Source: Mycobacterium leprae TN
GTDB taxonomy: Bacteria > Actinomycetota > Actinomycetes > Mycobacteriales > Mycobacteriaceae
Reading direction: 5' to 3'
Length of the DNA: 32,000 bases
NCBI RefSeq assembly: GCF_000195855.1
Contig: NC_002677.1
Span: 2,610,001-2,642,000 of the forward strand
The notes under the pieces are model-generated. The model did no database searches and was not told where the DNA came from. It worked only from the letters and a program-made list of their open reading frames with translations. The position numbers were made by a program, and so were the translations under genes. Below are positions 7,874-21,400 of the stretch, one piece after another; within the stretch, counting starts at the first letter, position 1; the number at the start of each line of letters is the position of its first letter.

Positions 7874-8970
7874 ACGCAGTCCTCGCACCCGATCCCGGAC
7901 CCGACGCGGGCGCTATCTGGCACTTCGGCGATCCGCTGGGCGAACAACGGTCGGCTGAAACCGATGCTGTGCTAGTGGACCGCTCACACCGAGCGACGCT
8001 CACGTTGATAGGCAGTGACCGGCAAACCTGGCTGCATAGCATATCCACCCAGCATGTAAGTGCACTCCCCGATGGTGCTAGCACGCAGAATCTCAGCCTT
8101 GACAGTCAAGGCCGGGTTGAGGACCACTGGATACAGACTGAACTGGGGGGTACCACTTATCTCGATACCGAACCCTGGCGGGGTGAGCCGCTGCTGGAGT
8201 ACCTGCGCAAGATGGTGTTCTGGTCCGAGGTAACCCCGGGCAGCGCCGACATGGCCATGCTGTCACTTCTGGGTCCACGACTGACTGAGCAAGCGGTGCA
8301 CAATGCGCTTTATCTGGATGCGCTGCCCGACGAGTCGACGGCGGTTCCGCTGACCGCTGGGAGCTTCGTGCGCCGGATACCCGGCGCCCCTGCAGGCCAG
8401 ATCGAACTGGACCTACTGGTACCGCGTCGTGAGTCGGCCGACTGGCAGAGCCGTTTGGCGGGGGTGGGCGTCCGGTCCGCCGGGATGTGGGCCTATGAAG
8501 CCCACCGCGTAGCAGCGCTCCGCCCACGGCTCGGCGTCGACACCGATCAGCGTACCATACCGCACGAAGTGGGTTGGATCGGTGGTCCCGGCGAAGGTGC
8601 CGTGCATCTGGACAAAGGCTGCTATCGCGGCCAAGAGACCGTCGCACGGGTGCAAAACTTGGGCAAACCGCCTCGGATGCTGGTGTTGTTACATCTCGAC
8701 GGCTCGGTGGAACGGACCTCGACGGGCGATGCGGTGCTGGCCAACAGTGGCGCCGTCGGACGACTCGGAACCGTAGTCGAGCACGTGGACCTCGGACCGG
8801 TGGCGCTGGCGCTGCTGAAACGTGGGCTGCCGACCGACACCGAACTGACTATCGAACTGGAAGGCCCGCAAGACGGGTCAGTCGCAGCGGTGATCGATCC
8901 CGACTCATTGCCAGCAGCCGACGAGATTGGCGTGGGACGGCTGGCCATCGAGCGGTTACGCGGACGATGA
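7870..8970 (+). CDS. ygfZ: YgfZ-type folate-binding protein (GcvT-like fold, Rv0811c-like)
   Basis: The signature KGCYRGQETVARV is present, with the N-terminus VNAVLAPDPGPDAGAIWHFGDPLGEQR. Starting at GTG 7870 gives 366 aa. Confidence 0.85.
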   Translation: MNAVLAPDPGPDAGAIWHFGDPLGEQRSAETDAVLVDRSHRATLTLIGSDRQTWLHSISTQHVSALPDGASTQNLSLDSQGRVEDHWIQTELGGTTYLDTEPWRGEPLLEYLRKMVFWSEVTPGSADMAMLSLLGPRLTEQAVHNALYLDALPDESTAVPLTAGSFVRRIPGAPAGQIELDLLVPRRESADWQSRLAGVGVRSAGMWAYEAHRVAALRPRLGVDTDQRTIPHEVGWIGGPGEGAVHLDKGCYRGQETVARVQNLGKPPRMLVLLHLDGSVERTSTGDAVLANSGAVGRLGTVVEHVDLGPVALALLKRGLPTDTELTIELEGPQDGSVAAVIDPDSLPAADEIGVGRLAIERLRGR

Positions 8971-9138
8971 GTTCAAGACTACACTTGGAGTCGTCCGCCA
9001 CAACGCGGGGAGGGGACGGCAACGCCCTGCCGCAAGGCACGGTAAACTGTCGGCAGGACAATAATAACGACACCAAGTGATCGGAGCCGTCTACTTGCTA
9101 GACCGTTCCGTTATTTCGCGACGCGAGGGGGTTCCCCC

Positions 9139-9327
9139 ATGGGCCGAGGACGTGCTAAGGCGAAGCAGACCAAGGTTGCTCGAGAACTTAAATACAGCTC
9201 CCCGCAGACCGACTTCCAGCGGCTTCAGCGCGAGCTATCAAGTACAGGTGCCGCCGATCCCGGCCAGCTGGACGGAGACGACCGGGTGAGTGAAGACTCA
9301 TGGGATGAGGACGCCTGGCGCCGCTAG
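9139..9327 (+). CDS. DUF3073 small conserved actinobacterial protein (Rv0810c-like)
   Basis: This is a 62-aa ORF beginning MGRGRAKAKQTKVARELKYSSP with an acidic C-terminus. The ATG is preceded by GAGGGGG. Confidence 0.8.
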   Translation: MGRGRAKAKQTKVARELKYSSPQTDFQRLQRELSSTGAADPGQLDGDDRVSEDSWDEDAWRR

Positions 9328-9342
9328 CACTCCCAACTCTGT

Positions 9343-9369
9343 CGTGCCGATGTATTCCGCATCGGCACG
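9343..9369. terminator. Bidirectional terminator-like hairpin between convergent DUF3073 gene and purM
   Basis: A perfect 10-bp stem pairs CGTGCCGATG (9343-9352) with CATCGGCACG (9360-9369) around a 7-nt loop. A T-rich tract follows on the plus strand. Confidence 0.5.
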
Positions 9370-9405
9370 GTGTTAGTGTTAGTTTTAGTGTTACTGTTCG
9401 TTTCA
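9370..9405. repeat. Degenerate hexanucleotide tandem array (consensus GTGTTA, six units)
   Basis: The units read GTGTTA GTGTTA GTTTTA GTGTTA CTGTTC GTTTCA directly from the sequence. Confidence 0.7.
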
Positions 9406-9420
9406 GTTAAGCGCAGTTCA

Positions 9421-10515
9421 TTAGAATCTCGGGTGTTGTCCGACCAGTTTTGCCCGTGGGCCTACTTTGCTGCCTTTGCAGACAGTGCCCAGCACCCAGC
9501 AGTCCAAGTGACGTGCGGTCAATATCGCCAAAGCACGGTCAGTATCTTCAGGCGCGACCACGGCGATCATGCCGACGCCCATGTTGAACGTCTTTTCCAT
9601 CTCTTCACGCGCGACCCTGCCACGCTGGGCTATCATGGCGAACACCGGTGCAGGTGTCCACGTGCCGCGGTCAACTTCGGCGACCAATCCGTGTGGGATA
9701 ACGCGTTGAAGATTGCCGGCCAGCCCGCCGCCGGTAACGTGACAGAAGGTACGGACGTGAGTTTCGGCCGCCAATGCCAGACAGTCCTTGGCGTAGATGC
9801 GGGTGGGCTCCAATAGCTCTTCGCCCAGGGTGCGACCGAACTCCTCCACATAACCGGCCAGGTTCATCCGATCGATCTCGAGTAGGACCGAGCGAGCCAG
9901 CGAGTATCCGTTGGAATGGAGACCCGAAGACCTCAGCGCGATGATTACGTCACCGGGTTTGACACGATCTGGCCCCAGGGTATCGTCGGCTTCCACAACA
10001 CCGACGCCGGTCGCCGCGATGTCGTAGTGGTCGACTTCCATCAGACCAGGGTGTTCTGCGGTCTCACCACCCAGTAACGCACAGCCCGCGAGCATGCACC
10101 CCTCGGCAATACCGTCGACGATCGCGCTCAGTCGTTCCGGCACCGTTCGGCCGACAGCAATGTAGTCCTGCAAAAACAGTGGCTCAGCGCCACAGACCAC
10201 CAGGTCGTCGACCACCATCGCCACCAGGTCCAAGCCAACGGTGTCGTGCTTATCCATCGCCTGAGCGACTGCCAGCTTGGTACCAACACCGTCGGTGGAA
10301 GCCGCTAACACCGGTTCGCGGTAGCCGCTGCGTAGAGCGAACAACCCAGCGAATCCTCCTAGACCTCCAAGCACCTCGGTTCTGATGGCCTTAACTGCCA
10401 TCGGCTTGAACAACTCGACCGAGCGGTCACCGGCTTCAATGTCCACCCCTGTCGACGCATAGGTGATGCCATGATTGCCCAGCTGGCCTCCGGGGCTTTT
10501 TCCGGGATCCATCAT
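9421..10515 (-). CDS. purM: Phosphoribosylformylglycinamidine cyclo-ligase (AIR synthetase)
   Basis: This is a 364-aa ORF. PurM patterns are present: YASTGVDIEAGD, STDGVGTKLAVA, CGAEPLFLQDY and HVTGGGLAGNL. Confidence 0.95.
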   Translation of the reverse strand: MMDPGKSPGGQLGNHGITYASTGVDIEAGDRSVELFKPMAVKAIRTEVLGGLGGFAGLFALRSGYREPVLAASTDGVGTKLAVAQAMDKHDTVGLDLVAMVVDDLVVCGAEPLFLQDYIAVGRTVPERLSAIVDGIAEGCMLAGCALLGGETAEHPGLMEVDHYDIAATGVGVVEADDTLGPDRVKPGDVIIALRSSGLHSNGYSLARSVLLEIDRMNLAGYVEEFGRTLGEELLEPTRIYAKDCLALAAETHVRTFCHVTGGGLAGNLQRVIPHGLVAEVDRGTWTPAPVFAMIAQRGRVAREEMEKTFNMGVGMIAVVAPEDTDRALAILTARHLDCWVLGTVCKGSKVGPRAKLVGQHPRF

Positions 10516-10614
10516 CGCGATAAAGGCTACCGGTCGTCACTCACAGTCGGAATCAGGTACTACATTTGAACGGTTGCCCACCAAGCACCCCGTGCTGCCG
10601 GGACTCACATCGTG

Positions 10615-12285
10615 TCAACGCCAAACGCAATTTTCGTCCGCATCGACTGGGACCTGATCAGCAGCAAGATCGCGTAGCCCGGCTCCACGCGCCGCATTGG
10701 CAAGCATGTGCTCGATGACATTTTTGCCTAACATGGCTTCACTGGGCAGCTCGATCGGATACCTACCGTCAAAGCAAGCGTAACACAGCCGCGAAGCGGG
10801 CTGCTCGGAAGCCGCAATCATGCCCCGCAGCGAGATGTAGCCCAGTGTGTCGGCACCGATGCCCTGCCGTACCGCCTCGAGCATCTCCTCCTCGTCTGCG
10901 ACGACGTTAGCGATCAATTCGGCCGGCGATGGGAAGTCGATGCCGTAAAAACAGGGCCACTTCACCGGTGGTGAAGCGATGCGCACGTGCAGCTCGACGG
11001 CACCGGCCTCGCGCAGCATCCGCACCAGAGCGCGTTGGGTGTTCCCCCGCACAACCGAGTCGTCGACAACAATCAGCCGCTTGCCGCGGATTACCTCTTT
11101 AAGCGGATTGAGCTTCAGCCGGATGCCCAGTTGACGGATGGTTTGCGACGGTTGGATGAATGTGCGTCCAACATATGCATTCTTCATCAGACCCTGCCCG
11201 TAAGAGATGCCGGATTCCTGCGCGTATCCCACTGCGGCGGGAGTGCCTGATTCGGGCACACCGATCACCAAGTCGGCCTCGACCGGGCATTCGCGGGCAA
11301 GTCGACGACCGATCTCCACCCGAGTGCCGTGCACCGACCGTCCGGCCAGCGTGCTGTCGGGCCGTGCCAGGTAAACGTACTCAAAAACACAACCCTTGGG
11401 CGTAGGGTTGGCGAAACGAGTGGACCGTACTCCGTCGGCGTCGATCGCCAGCAATTCGCCCGGCTCGATGTCGCGGACAAACGAGGCGCCGACAATGTCG
11501 AGCCCCGCCGTTTCAGAAGCCACCACCCAGCCGCGATCCAGTCGTCCGAGCGACAGCGGCCGTACTCCATACGGGTCCCGGCAGGCATAGAGGGTGTTTT
11601 CGTCCATGAATGTCAGGCAGAACGCACCCCGCACGGTCGGCAGCAGTTCCAGCGCAGCCTGTTCCAGGGTCGAGTCGGCCGCACCGTGGGCTAACAGCGC
11701 GCCCAGGATGTCGGAGTCCGTTGTCGCTGGGGCCGGGCAGCGTTTTGCTATCAACCCCGCGTCGCGGGCACGTGCGGCAAGCTCGGCAGTGTTGACCAGG
11801 TTTCCGTTGTGCCCCAACGCAACCCCGGATCCGGCAGCGATGTTGCGGAAAACAGGCTGGGCATTTTCCCAGGTGGTGTCGCCGGTGGTGGAGTAGCGGC
11901 AATGACCGATGGCAACGTGACCCTCCATCGCCGCCAATGTCTGCTCGTCGAACACTTGACTAACTAAGCCAAGGTCTTTGAAGACCAACACCTGCGATCC
12001 ATCAGCGACAGCGATCCCCGCAGCTTCCTGGCCGCGATGCTGCAACGCGTATAGACCGAAATAAGTGAGTTTGGCGACTAGTTCACCCGGAGCCCAGACC
12101 CCGAACACACCGCACTCTTCGCGGGGCGAGCTGAAATCCCGCCCGGGTTGCTGGACGGTCACGATTGGGCAGCTCCCTAGGGCGCAGTTGGTGACGCAAC
12201 GGAGTCTACGGCCAGCACGGCCCAGTCGACGAATCTGTGGCACGTGTTTAGGTGCCCGGACACCTACCCCGACAGCCAAACACAC
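10615..12285 (-). CDS. purF: Amidophosphoribosyltransferase
   Basis: The Ntn catalytic Cys context PREECGVFGVW, the PRPP loop RLIVVDDSVVRGNT and the C-terminal Cys cluster are all present. The true start may lie downstream of the first possible start, since the N-terminal roughly 25 codons look non-conserved. Confidence 0.93.
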   Translation of the reverse strand: MCLAVGVGVRAPKHVPQIRRLGRAGRRLRCVTNCALGSCPIVTVQQPGRDFSSPREECGVFGVWAPGELVAKLTYFGLYALQHRGQEAAGIAVADGSQVLVFKDLGLVSQVFDEQTLAAMEGHVAIGHCRYSTTGDTTWENAQPVFRNIAAGSGVALGHNGNLVNTAELAARARDAGLIAKRCPAPATTDSDILGALLAHGAADSTLEQAALELLPTVRGAFCLTFMDENTLYACRDPYGVRPLSLGRLDRGWVVASETAGLDIVGASFVRDIEPGELLAIDADGVRSTRFANPTPKGCVFEYVYLARPDSTLAGRSVHGTRVEIGRRLARECPVEADLVIGVPESGTPAAVGYAQESGISYGQGLMKNAYVGRTFIQPSQTIRQLGIRLKLNPLKEVIRGKRLIVVDDSVVRGNTQRALVRMLREAGAVELHVRIASPPVKWPCFYGIDFPSPAELIANVVADEEEMLEAVRQGIGADTLGYISLRGMIAASEQPASRLCYACFDGRYPIELPSEAMLGKNVIEHMLANAARGAGLRDLAADQVPVDADENCVWR

Positions 12286-12296
12286 AGTTTAGCCAA

Positions 12297-12692
12297 CTAC
12301 GTACAGCGTAGATTGATTAATGGCATCCACACCTCGATGTCACCGGCACGCGAGCCAGACATACGCAGCGCACCGGTCGCCACCGCCTCCACTAGCTGCA
12401 TCAGCCCGGTCGCAACCAGCAGCCACGTCCGCGAATCAGTCTCGACGACATTGGGTGGCGTCCCACGAGTGTGGCTGGGTCCAGAAACACACTGCACCGC
12501 CACGTACGGCGGGATCCGGACCTCGACGCTGGCCCCGGGGGCCAGCGTCGCCAGGGTGCGCACAGTAAGCCGAACCGCCGTAGCCACAGCGTCCCGGTCG
12601 GGCGCCGGCAAGGTTCTGTCCTTCAGCCAGTCCGCAAGCGCAAGGACGGCTTGCCGAGTCTTTGCCGGATCGGCTCTATCACAAACGGCCAT
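12297..12692 (-). CDS. Conserved hypothetical protein, Rv0807-like (sterol-carrier-like as I recall)
   Basis: This is an intact 131-aa ORF 11 nt upstream of purF on the same strand, the position Rv0807 occupies. No motif was recognised by eye. Confidence 0.6.
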   Translation of the reverse strand: MAVCDRADPAKTRQAVLALADWLKDRTLPAPDRDAVATAVRLTVRTLATLAPGASVEVRIPPYVAVQCVSGPSHTRGTPPNVVETDSRTWLLVATGLMQLVEAVATGALRMSGSRAGDIEVWMPLINLRCT

Positions 12693-12719
12693 AGCCTAGA
12701 GTCTCAGCATCATGGATGC

Positions 12720-13930
12720 GTCGTTGTTTGGGGTCGCACCCAATCCATACAAGGGCATCGGCCTAGTGTCACTAAAATGATAGCATTTATCGTGCTGAGC
12801 GTACATTTATTTGCGACTTCGTGAGGATGTGACGCTGAAGACGCAGTTGACGGCAGTGGATTCACGGGCGAGTTTGATGATAGCTCCAGATTCATACAGT
12901 CACCTACCACAAGGCCGAGATCGGCCGGGTGACCAGCATCTCCGAGAGAGAACCAGACGGTACCTGGCGACCAAATTCATGCTGGAGATGGATCCTAAGA
13001 ACCTCGGGCTAATCCCAGGGAACCTCGTGGTCAACATCAAGGTAGCCACCGTGTTCGGTGGTAAGTACGTTTCGTTCACGTCGCCGCAGTCCGCACCGCT
13101 GCTACCCATCACTCCACCCCAAGTGATTGACGCGACGTCGACCACCACGGAGATCAATTAGGTTGTTCGATACGTCAACGGAAATCATCGAGAAGGTTGA
13201 TCCGGTCAAGCTGAACCTGACACTGAACGCAGCCGCCGAAGCACCGAGCAGGCTGGGCGACAAGGTCGGTGCCACACTCATCGACGGCAACGTGCTCCTC
13301 GATGACGTGAACCTCCAGCTACCCCAAAACCAGGCTAAAAAAACAACGGCTGGCGGAACTGGGTGACCATTTACCCCAACGCCGCACCGGACGTGTGGGT
13401 TGCTATTAGCCAGGCAATGACCACGGCGCACACCATCAACCACCAGCAACGCTATCTGGATGACGTGCTGTTAGCGGCTACCGGATTCGGCAACATGGGC
13501 GGAATAGATATTCGAACAGAGCGAGTCATACCTGGCGCGTGGTACCCTCGATCTGGGCATCTTCAGCCAGCTGCCTAACATGGTATGGTCCCGAAATTTT
13601 TGCACCATTCGCAATTTCGCCGAAGTCGCGCCCAAGCGTGCACAACACGCTCGACAATAACAGCTACGCGCTGGGAGCCAACGCTTCGGGCGCCAGTGCC
13701 GGGTCGCTTAACCCGTACACCTCTCTGGAGAACCTGCCCCGAACCAACGCCCGGGGGTGGCTCCAGTAGCAAACCGAGCTGTTGGCAAACGGATCACCCG
13801 TGAACCCTGGCATGCCCCTGCTCGTGCCGTACACCGGCGTGAACTTAGCCCCATACAACACACTTCGAGCCCGGTTCACCGCTAGCGGTCGAATACGTGT
13901 AGGTCCGCCCATTGGGTGACAAACACCATC
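12720..13930 (+). pseudogene. Mce-family (mammalian cell entry) pseudogene
   Basis: Fragments lie in shifting frames. They include the N-terminal anchor MIAFIVLSVHLFA, VTYHKAEIGRVTSI, MLEMDPKNLGLIPGNLVVNIKVATVFGGKYVSFTSP, TEIN..FDTSTEIIEKVDPVKLNLTLNAAAEA, LLDDVN and HTINHQQRYLDDVLLAATGFGNMG. Multiple stops are present. Confidence 0.72.
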
Positions 13931-14323
13931 AACCCGTGAAAATTTCTATGCTGCGGCGAATTCAACCGTAACAAGCCAATAACGCCTGAATCTGGACGCC
14001 CCCGAAAGACCCAGACCATGGGCCCTGGCGTACATCAACCCACTGCCACGACAGTCCCGCATACCCCTGCGCTAGACTGAGGATAGTGAAGCGAGAATTC
14101 TTCCACTCGAAACTAAATTTGATATGGCATAGTTGTAACCGAACGGTTGCCCGCAGGTAACTAAGCCTTGCTGTTTTGCAAGAGATATCGACCAGCCGGC
14201 ACCATATAGATTGCGAGACCCCGTTGCCTGCGTATCCCCAGAATACCTAGTCCTGCGCCGATGTGTGGTCTGTGAGATTCCCTCGGTGCCGTGGTTAGAC
14301 TATTTCACTAAGGCGGTGTTTCG

Positions 14324-15952
14324 ATGAGCAAGATTGTTTCATGCGAAGACGATCGGCCCGTGCGGCGCACCCTTGAACCCATCATTGTTACCCGGCAGGG
14401 AAAGGTTGCCCGGCTCGAGTCCAGTTTGACCCCGCACGAAGCACAGATCGAAGATTTGATCTTTCTGCGAAAGGCGTTGAACCGGGCTGATATTCCTTTC
14501 CTATTTATCCGCAACCACAAAAACCGGCCCGTTCTTGCCATCAACATCAAACTGCGCCCCGCGGTCGAACGCGCGCTCGTCACCGCGTGTGCCAGCGAAC
14601 CTATGTACGCCAAAACAATAGACGAACGCGGGCTTTCTCCCGTGCTAGTGGCCAAAGGTCAATTATCGCAGTCGATCGATCCACGCATCGTGCGGTTGTA
14701 TCGACGAAGGATTGCACCGGGAGGATTTCGGTTCGGTTCGAGGTTCGGTGTCGAACTGCAGTTCTGGTCCTTCGAGGAGACCCTGATCCGCTGCCCGGTG
14801 GAAAACTCCCTGACCCGCAAAGTGCTACCACGCAAAGAAGTAACACCGGCTACCATCAAGCTCTACGGGTACAAATGGCATACCATTGAGGGGATGTTCA
14901 CCCCGCACGCGAGTGACGTCACGTTTGACATCGATCTGGTGTTCTCGTGGGTCGACGGTAGTGATCCAGAATTTCGAGCACGTCGGGCAGCCGAAATGTC
15001 GCACCACGTAGTAGGTGAAGGCGACGACGCCGACGCGCGGATCCGACAGATCGACGAGTTGAAATACGCCTTGCGGTCGGTGAACATGTTTGCTCCATGG
15101 ATCCGGCGCATCTTCATCGCGACAGATTCGATCCCGCCGTCATGGTTAGCCGATCACCCAATGATCACAATTGTCCCCGCGGAGGACCATTTTTCAGATA
15201 GGTCGGCATTGCCAACCTACAACTCACACGCGGTGGAAAGCCAGCTACACCGGATACCCGACCTCAGCGAGCATTTCCTGTACTCCAATGACGACATGTT
15301 TTTCGGTCGCCCACTCAAAGCAAGCATGTTCTTCTCCCCGGGCGGAGTGACCAGGTTCATCGAAGCCAAGACCCGTATAGGATTAGGCACTAACGATCCA
15401 ACGCGCAGTGGCTTCGAGAATGCGGCCCGGGTTAACCGCCAACTCCTCTTACGGCGATTTGGACAACTGATTACGCGTCATCTAGAACACACCACGGTTC
15501 CGCTACGCAAGAGCGTGCTGTTCGAGATGGAACAAGAATTCCCGGAAGAATTCGCTCGGACCCAGGAAAGTGTGTTCCGGTCCGGAACAGATATATCTGT
15601 TACCAATTCGCTCTACCATTACTACGCGCTGATAACTGGACGCGCTGTCCAACAAGAAAAAGCCAAAGTTCTGTACGTGGACACCACTTCGTACACAGGC
15701 CTCAACTTACTTCCCGAACTGCGGAAACGTCGCAACTACGACTTTTTCTGCCTCAACGACGGTAGTTTCCCCGAAGTCCCCGCAACGGAGCGTGCCGAAC
15801 GGGTCGTCAGTTTTCTGGAACGCTACTTTCCAATACCGGCACCCTGGGAAAAGGTCGCCACGGACTTCAATCGCCAAGACTTTGCGTCACCGACGGTGTC
15901 AGCACCATTGGAGGATGGGCAAACAGCGAATCCCGCCCAGACGGCTCGATAA
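14324..15952 (+). CDS. cpsY: Stealth-family polysaccharide phosphotransferase CpsY
   Basis: This is a 542-aa ORF with Stealth conserved regions [61 protein letters not shown] and [14 protein letters not shown]. Confidence 0.9.
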   Translation: MSKIVSCEDDRPVRRTLEPIIVTRQGKVARLESSLTPHEAQIEDLIFLRKALNRADIPFLFIRNHKNRPVLAINIKLRPAVERALVTACASEPMYAKTIDERGLSPVLVAKGQLSQSIDPRIVRLYRRRIAPGGFRFGSRFGVELQFWSFEETLIRCPVENSLTRKVLPRKEVTPATIKLYGYKWHTIEGMFTPHASDVTFDIDLVFSWVDGSDPEFRARRAAEMSHHVVGEGDDADARIRQIDELKYALRSVNMFAPWIRRIFIATDSIPPSWLADHPMITIVPAEDHFSDRSALPTYNSHAVESQLHRIPDLSEHFLYSNDDMFFGRPLKASMFFSPGGVTRFIEAKTRIGLGTNDPTRSGFENAARVNRQLLLRRFGQLITRHLEHTTVPLRKSVLFEMEQEFPEEFARTQESVFRSGTDISVTNSLYHYYALITGRAVQQEKAKVLYVDTTSYTGLNLLPELRKRRNYDFFCLNDGSFPEVPATERAERVVSFLERYFPIPAPWEKVATDFNRQDFASPTVSAPLEDGQTANPAQTAR

Positions 15953-16820
15953 ACAGCCCGCTTTCGGCGATATCGCGTCGCGCCTGCGCAGGAGAAACAA
16001 AGGTGCCCACCATGTTTCCGATCCCAAGTGGAATAACAGAGTGCACCACTGTATCTTGGTAGACGTGCACAAGATTGCAGCCCTGAGCACCATCTCGACC
16101 GCGCGCTCCGCCGGCGACAACTGTTAGATCTTGAGTGTAGCAGGTCGCCGAGGCGACTGATACCGGAATTCCGACGAAGGTGGCATTCGTCGAGTAATGC
16201 AGGTGACCGGCCAAAATGGCACGAATATCGCTACCCTTGAGCACCCGCCCAAGCGAAGCCTGGTCGCGTAGTTCCACCGTTACGGCCATGTCTAAGACAC
16301 TTGGAATCGGCGGATGGTGTAAGGCCAGGATGGTGCCATCCGGTGCTGAGGTTGTCAACTCGTCGGCAAGCCAATCTAATTGCGATGCACTGATTTCTCC
16401 GTAATGACGTCCCGGCACCGACGTATCCAAGGTGATGACCCGTAGTCCGTCGACCCTGCGTACGCCATCCAACGGCGCCATGGAGGGCGCCTCATCCAGC
16501 AACAACGTGCGTAATGCTACCCGGTTATCATGGTTGCCCATCACCCAGAAGAGTTCGGCATCCAGCTCGGTAGCGAACGACTCAACCAAGCATCGAAGCT
16601 TTCGGTATGCCTCTGGCTCGCCCCGATCGGCCAAATCGCCGGTAAAGATGATTGCGTCGGGACGCAGTTGGGAGTGCTTTAACTGCTCGAGCAGTTCGCC
16701 GAGCCGGCTGTCGGCGTCGACCGCCCCGTAGAGAGAGCCGTCCGAAATAAGATGCGTGTCGCTGATGTGCAGAAGAACATAATCCGGCCGCGGATGCTCC
16801 GCGGCCCTGAGTCTATGCAC
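15867..16820 (-). CDS. cpdA: Class III cyclic-nucleotide phosphodiesterase (metallophosphoesterase, Rv0805-like)
   Basis: The motifs [30 protein letters not shown] and AGHLHY are present. I place the start at GTG 16820 ([14 protein letters not shown]) to match the remembered Rv0805 N-terminus. The ORF is also open to TTG 16832. Confidence 0.9.
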   Translation of the reverse strand: MHRLRAAEHPRPDYVLLHISDTHLISDGSLYGAVDADSRLGELLEQLKHSQLRPDAIIFTGDLADRGEPEAYRKLRCLVESFATELDAELFWVMGNHDNRVALRTLLLDEAPSMAPLDGVRRVDGLRVITLDTSVPGRHYGEISASQLDWLADELTTSAPDGTILALHHPPIPSVLDMAVTVELRDQASLGRVLKGSDIRAILAGHLHYSTNATFVGIPVSVASATCYTQDLTVVAGGARGRDGAQGCNLVHVYQDTVVHSVIPLGIGNMVGTFVSPAQARRDIAESGLFIEPSGRDSLFAHPPMVLTPSVTQSLGD

Positions 16821-16952
16821 CGAAGGTGCCAACCCCTTCCATGATTAATTGGCTTTACATAAATGTAACATTCAGTGTAGCTTGCTCCGACAAGCAACTA
16901 CGGGCACTTGAAGCCGTTCCACCACGCTAACCTCAATTTTTCGCGGCCCAAC

Positions 16953-19253
<2,301 letters not shown>

Positions 19254-19369
19254 CTAGTCTAGATTCTCCGTCGCCTTAGCTCGCGTGGGAGACCCGCAAC
19301 AAAAATCAGGTGGTACTGCCCAGCGTGGTCCAGATAATGGAGCGATATCTCGTCACTGACAACTGTTCG

Positions 19370-19933
<564 letters not shown>

Positions 19934-19951
19934 TTAGTGGCCCGCCGTCGT

Positions 19952-19977
19952 CTAACGTGCGGCCAGCTGCACGTTAG
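19952..19977. terminator. Hairpin between convergent GNAT pseudogene and pepC
   Basis: A perfect 9-bp stem pairs CTAACGTGC (19952-19960) with GCACGTTAG (19969-19977) around an 8-nt loop. No U-tract is present. Confidence 0.4.
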
Positions 19978-20068
19978 TGCACGACCCCAACGGGCTACCT
20001 TCGCTGGATCGCCGCACTGGAATGTGACCATCTCCACGTTGAGCGCTATATCAGCAGAACCTATGCCT

Positions 20069-21400
20069 TTAGAACAAATCGGCAGAAAAGAACGCCTGCA
20101 GCGCGGCAGAGTAGACAGCCACGTCGTGAGCACCCATCAATTCCCGTGCCGAGTGCATCGCAAGTTGGGCAGCACCGACATCGACGGTGGGAATACCGGT
20201 CCGAGCCGAAGCCAGTGGCCCGATCGTCGAACCACACGGCCGGTCGGCGCGGTGCTCGTAACGCTGCAATCTGACCCCGGCTTGCTGGCAGGCCACCTCG
20301 AACGCAGCTGCCGTGCGCCCATCGGTGGCATACCGCAGATTCGGGTGCACCTTGAGCACCGGGCCCGCGTTGACCTCAATGAGATGGCTGGGTTCGTGAC
20401 ACTCCGGGTAATTCGGGTGGGTGGCGTGCGCCATATCGGCTGAGACCAACAGCGAAGCGGGCAACCGTCGCAGGTAGTCGTCCCGGCCGCCACCGGCCGC
20501 TAGCACGATACGTTCCAAAACAGTGCTCAGCAGGTTTGACCGTGCACCACGGTCTGAGGTCGAACCCACTTCCTCATGGTCAAAGAGCGCCAACACGGGG
20601 AGGCAGTCGTGCGGCACCGAGGCCAGTAAAGCCTCCATGCCCGCATAGCAGCTGACCTGGTTATCCAGCCGGGGTGCACTGAGCAGGTTGGCATCGGCAC
20701 CGATCACCATCGACGGGACCAGATCATGCGTCATCAAGTCGACAGCCAACACGTCGGCCACAGCCACTCCGGTGCGCTCAGCAACGTACTCCAACAACGA
20801 CCCAGCTTTGTCGCCGACACCCCATACCGCGTTTACATGACGCTGCGGATCCAAGGTGAGCGACTTGCGATCCTCGGCTAAATGGATGGCCAACTGCGGC
20901 ACCCGCAGAATCGGATCGTCTATCCGAACAAGCCGATCGGTGATCTCGGAACCTTTACCCGCTGAGCGCACCGATAACCGCCCACTGACACCCAGATCGC
21001 GATCCAGCCAGGAGTTGAGCCAAGCTCCCCCATAGGGCTGCAATGCGACCACCCGCCAGCCGGCGACCAGCAGGTCCGGATGCTGCTTTACTCGCAAATT
21101 CGGGCTGTCGGTATGCGCACCCACTATGCGAAACGGGGCGTGTGCCTTGACGCCCTGACCCGCACTCCAAGCGACCAGAGAGCCAGCGCGGACGATGAAG
21201 TATCGGCCCGGATGGTCCGGCCAACGCTCGACCTCACTGAGTTCGGCGTAACCGGCGTCGAGTAGCCGACCGGCCACGGTAGCGCAGACATGAAACGGCG
21301 AGGGGGACGCGTTGATGAATTCGCAGAGGTCTGCAGCGCTAGCCGGCATGCCCAACATCATGGCTGTCGGTGACGACGTGGTCGACGCAAGGGTCGGCAT
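20069..21400 (-). CDS. pepC: M18-family aspartyl aminopeptidase PepC
   Basis: The patterns [35 protein letters not shown] and [13 protein letters not shown] are present. The start could be the internal ATG at 21361. Confidence 0.9.
   Translation of the reverse strand: MPTLASTTSSPTAMMLGMPASAADLCEFINASPSPFHVCATVAGRLLDAGYAELSEVERWPDHPGRYFIVRAGSLVAWSAGQGVKAHAPFRIVGAHTDSPNLRVKQHPDLLVAGWRVVALQPYGGAWLNSWLDRDLGVSGRLSVRSAGKGSEITDRLVRIDDPILRVPQLAIHLAEDRKSLTLDPQRHVNAVWGVGDKAGSLLEYVAERTGVAVADVLAVDLMTHDLVPSMVIGADANLLSAPRLDNQVSCYAGMEALLASVPHDCLPVLALFDHEEVGSTSDRGARSNLLSTVLERIVLAAGGGRDDYLRRLPASLLVSADMAHATHPNYPECHEPSHLIEVNAGPVLKVHPNLRYATDGRTAAAFEVACQQAGVRLQRYEHRADRPCGSTIGPLASARTGIPTVDVGAAQLAMHSARELMGAHDVAVYSAALQAFFSADLF

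Noticed and set aside
9026-9057. The hairpin CCTGCCG...CGGCAGG after ygfZ was considered as a terminator.
   Set aside because: It has only a 7-bp stem with an 18-nt loop and no U-tract, which is too weak to call.
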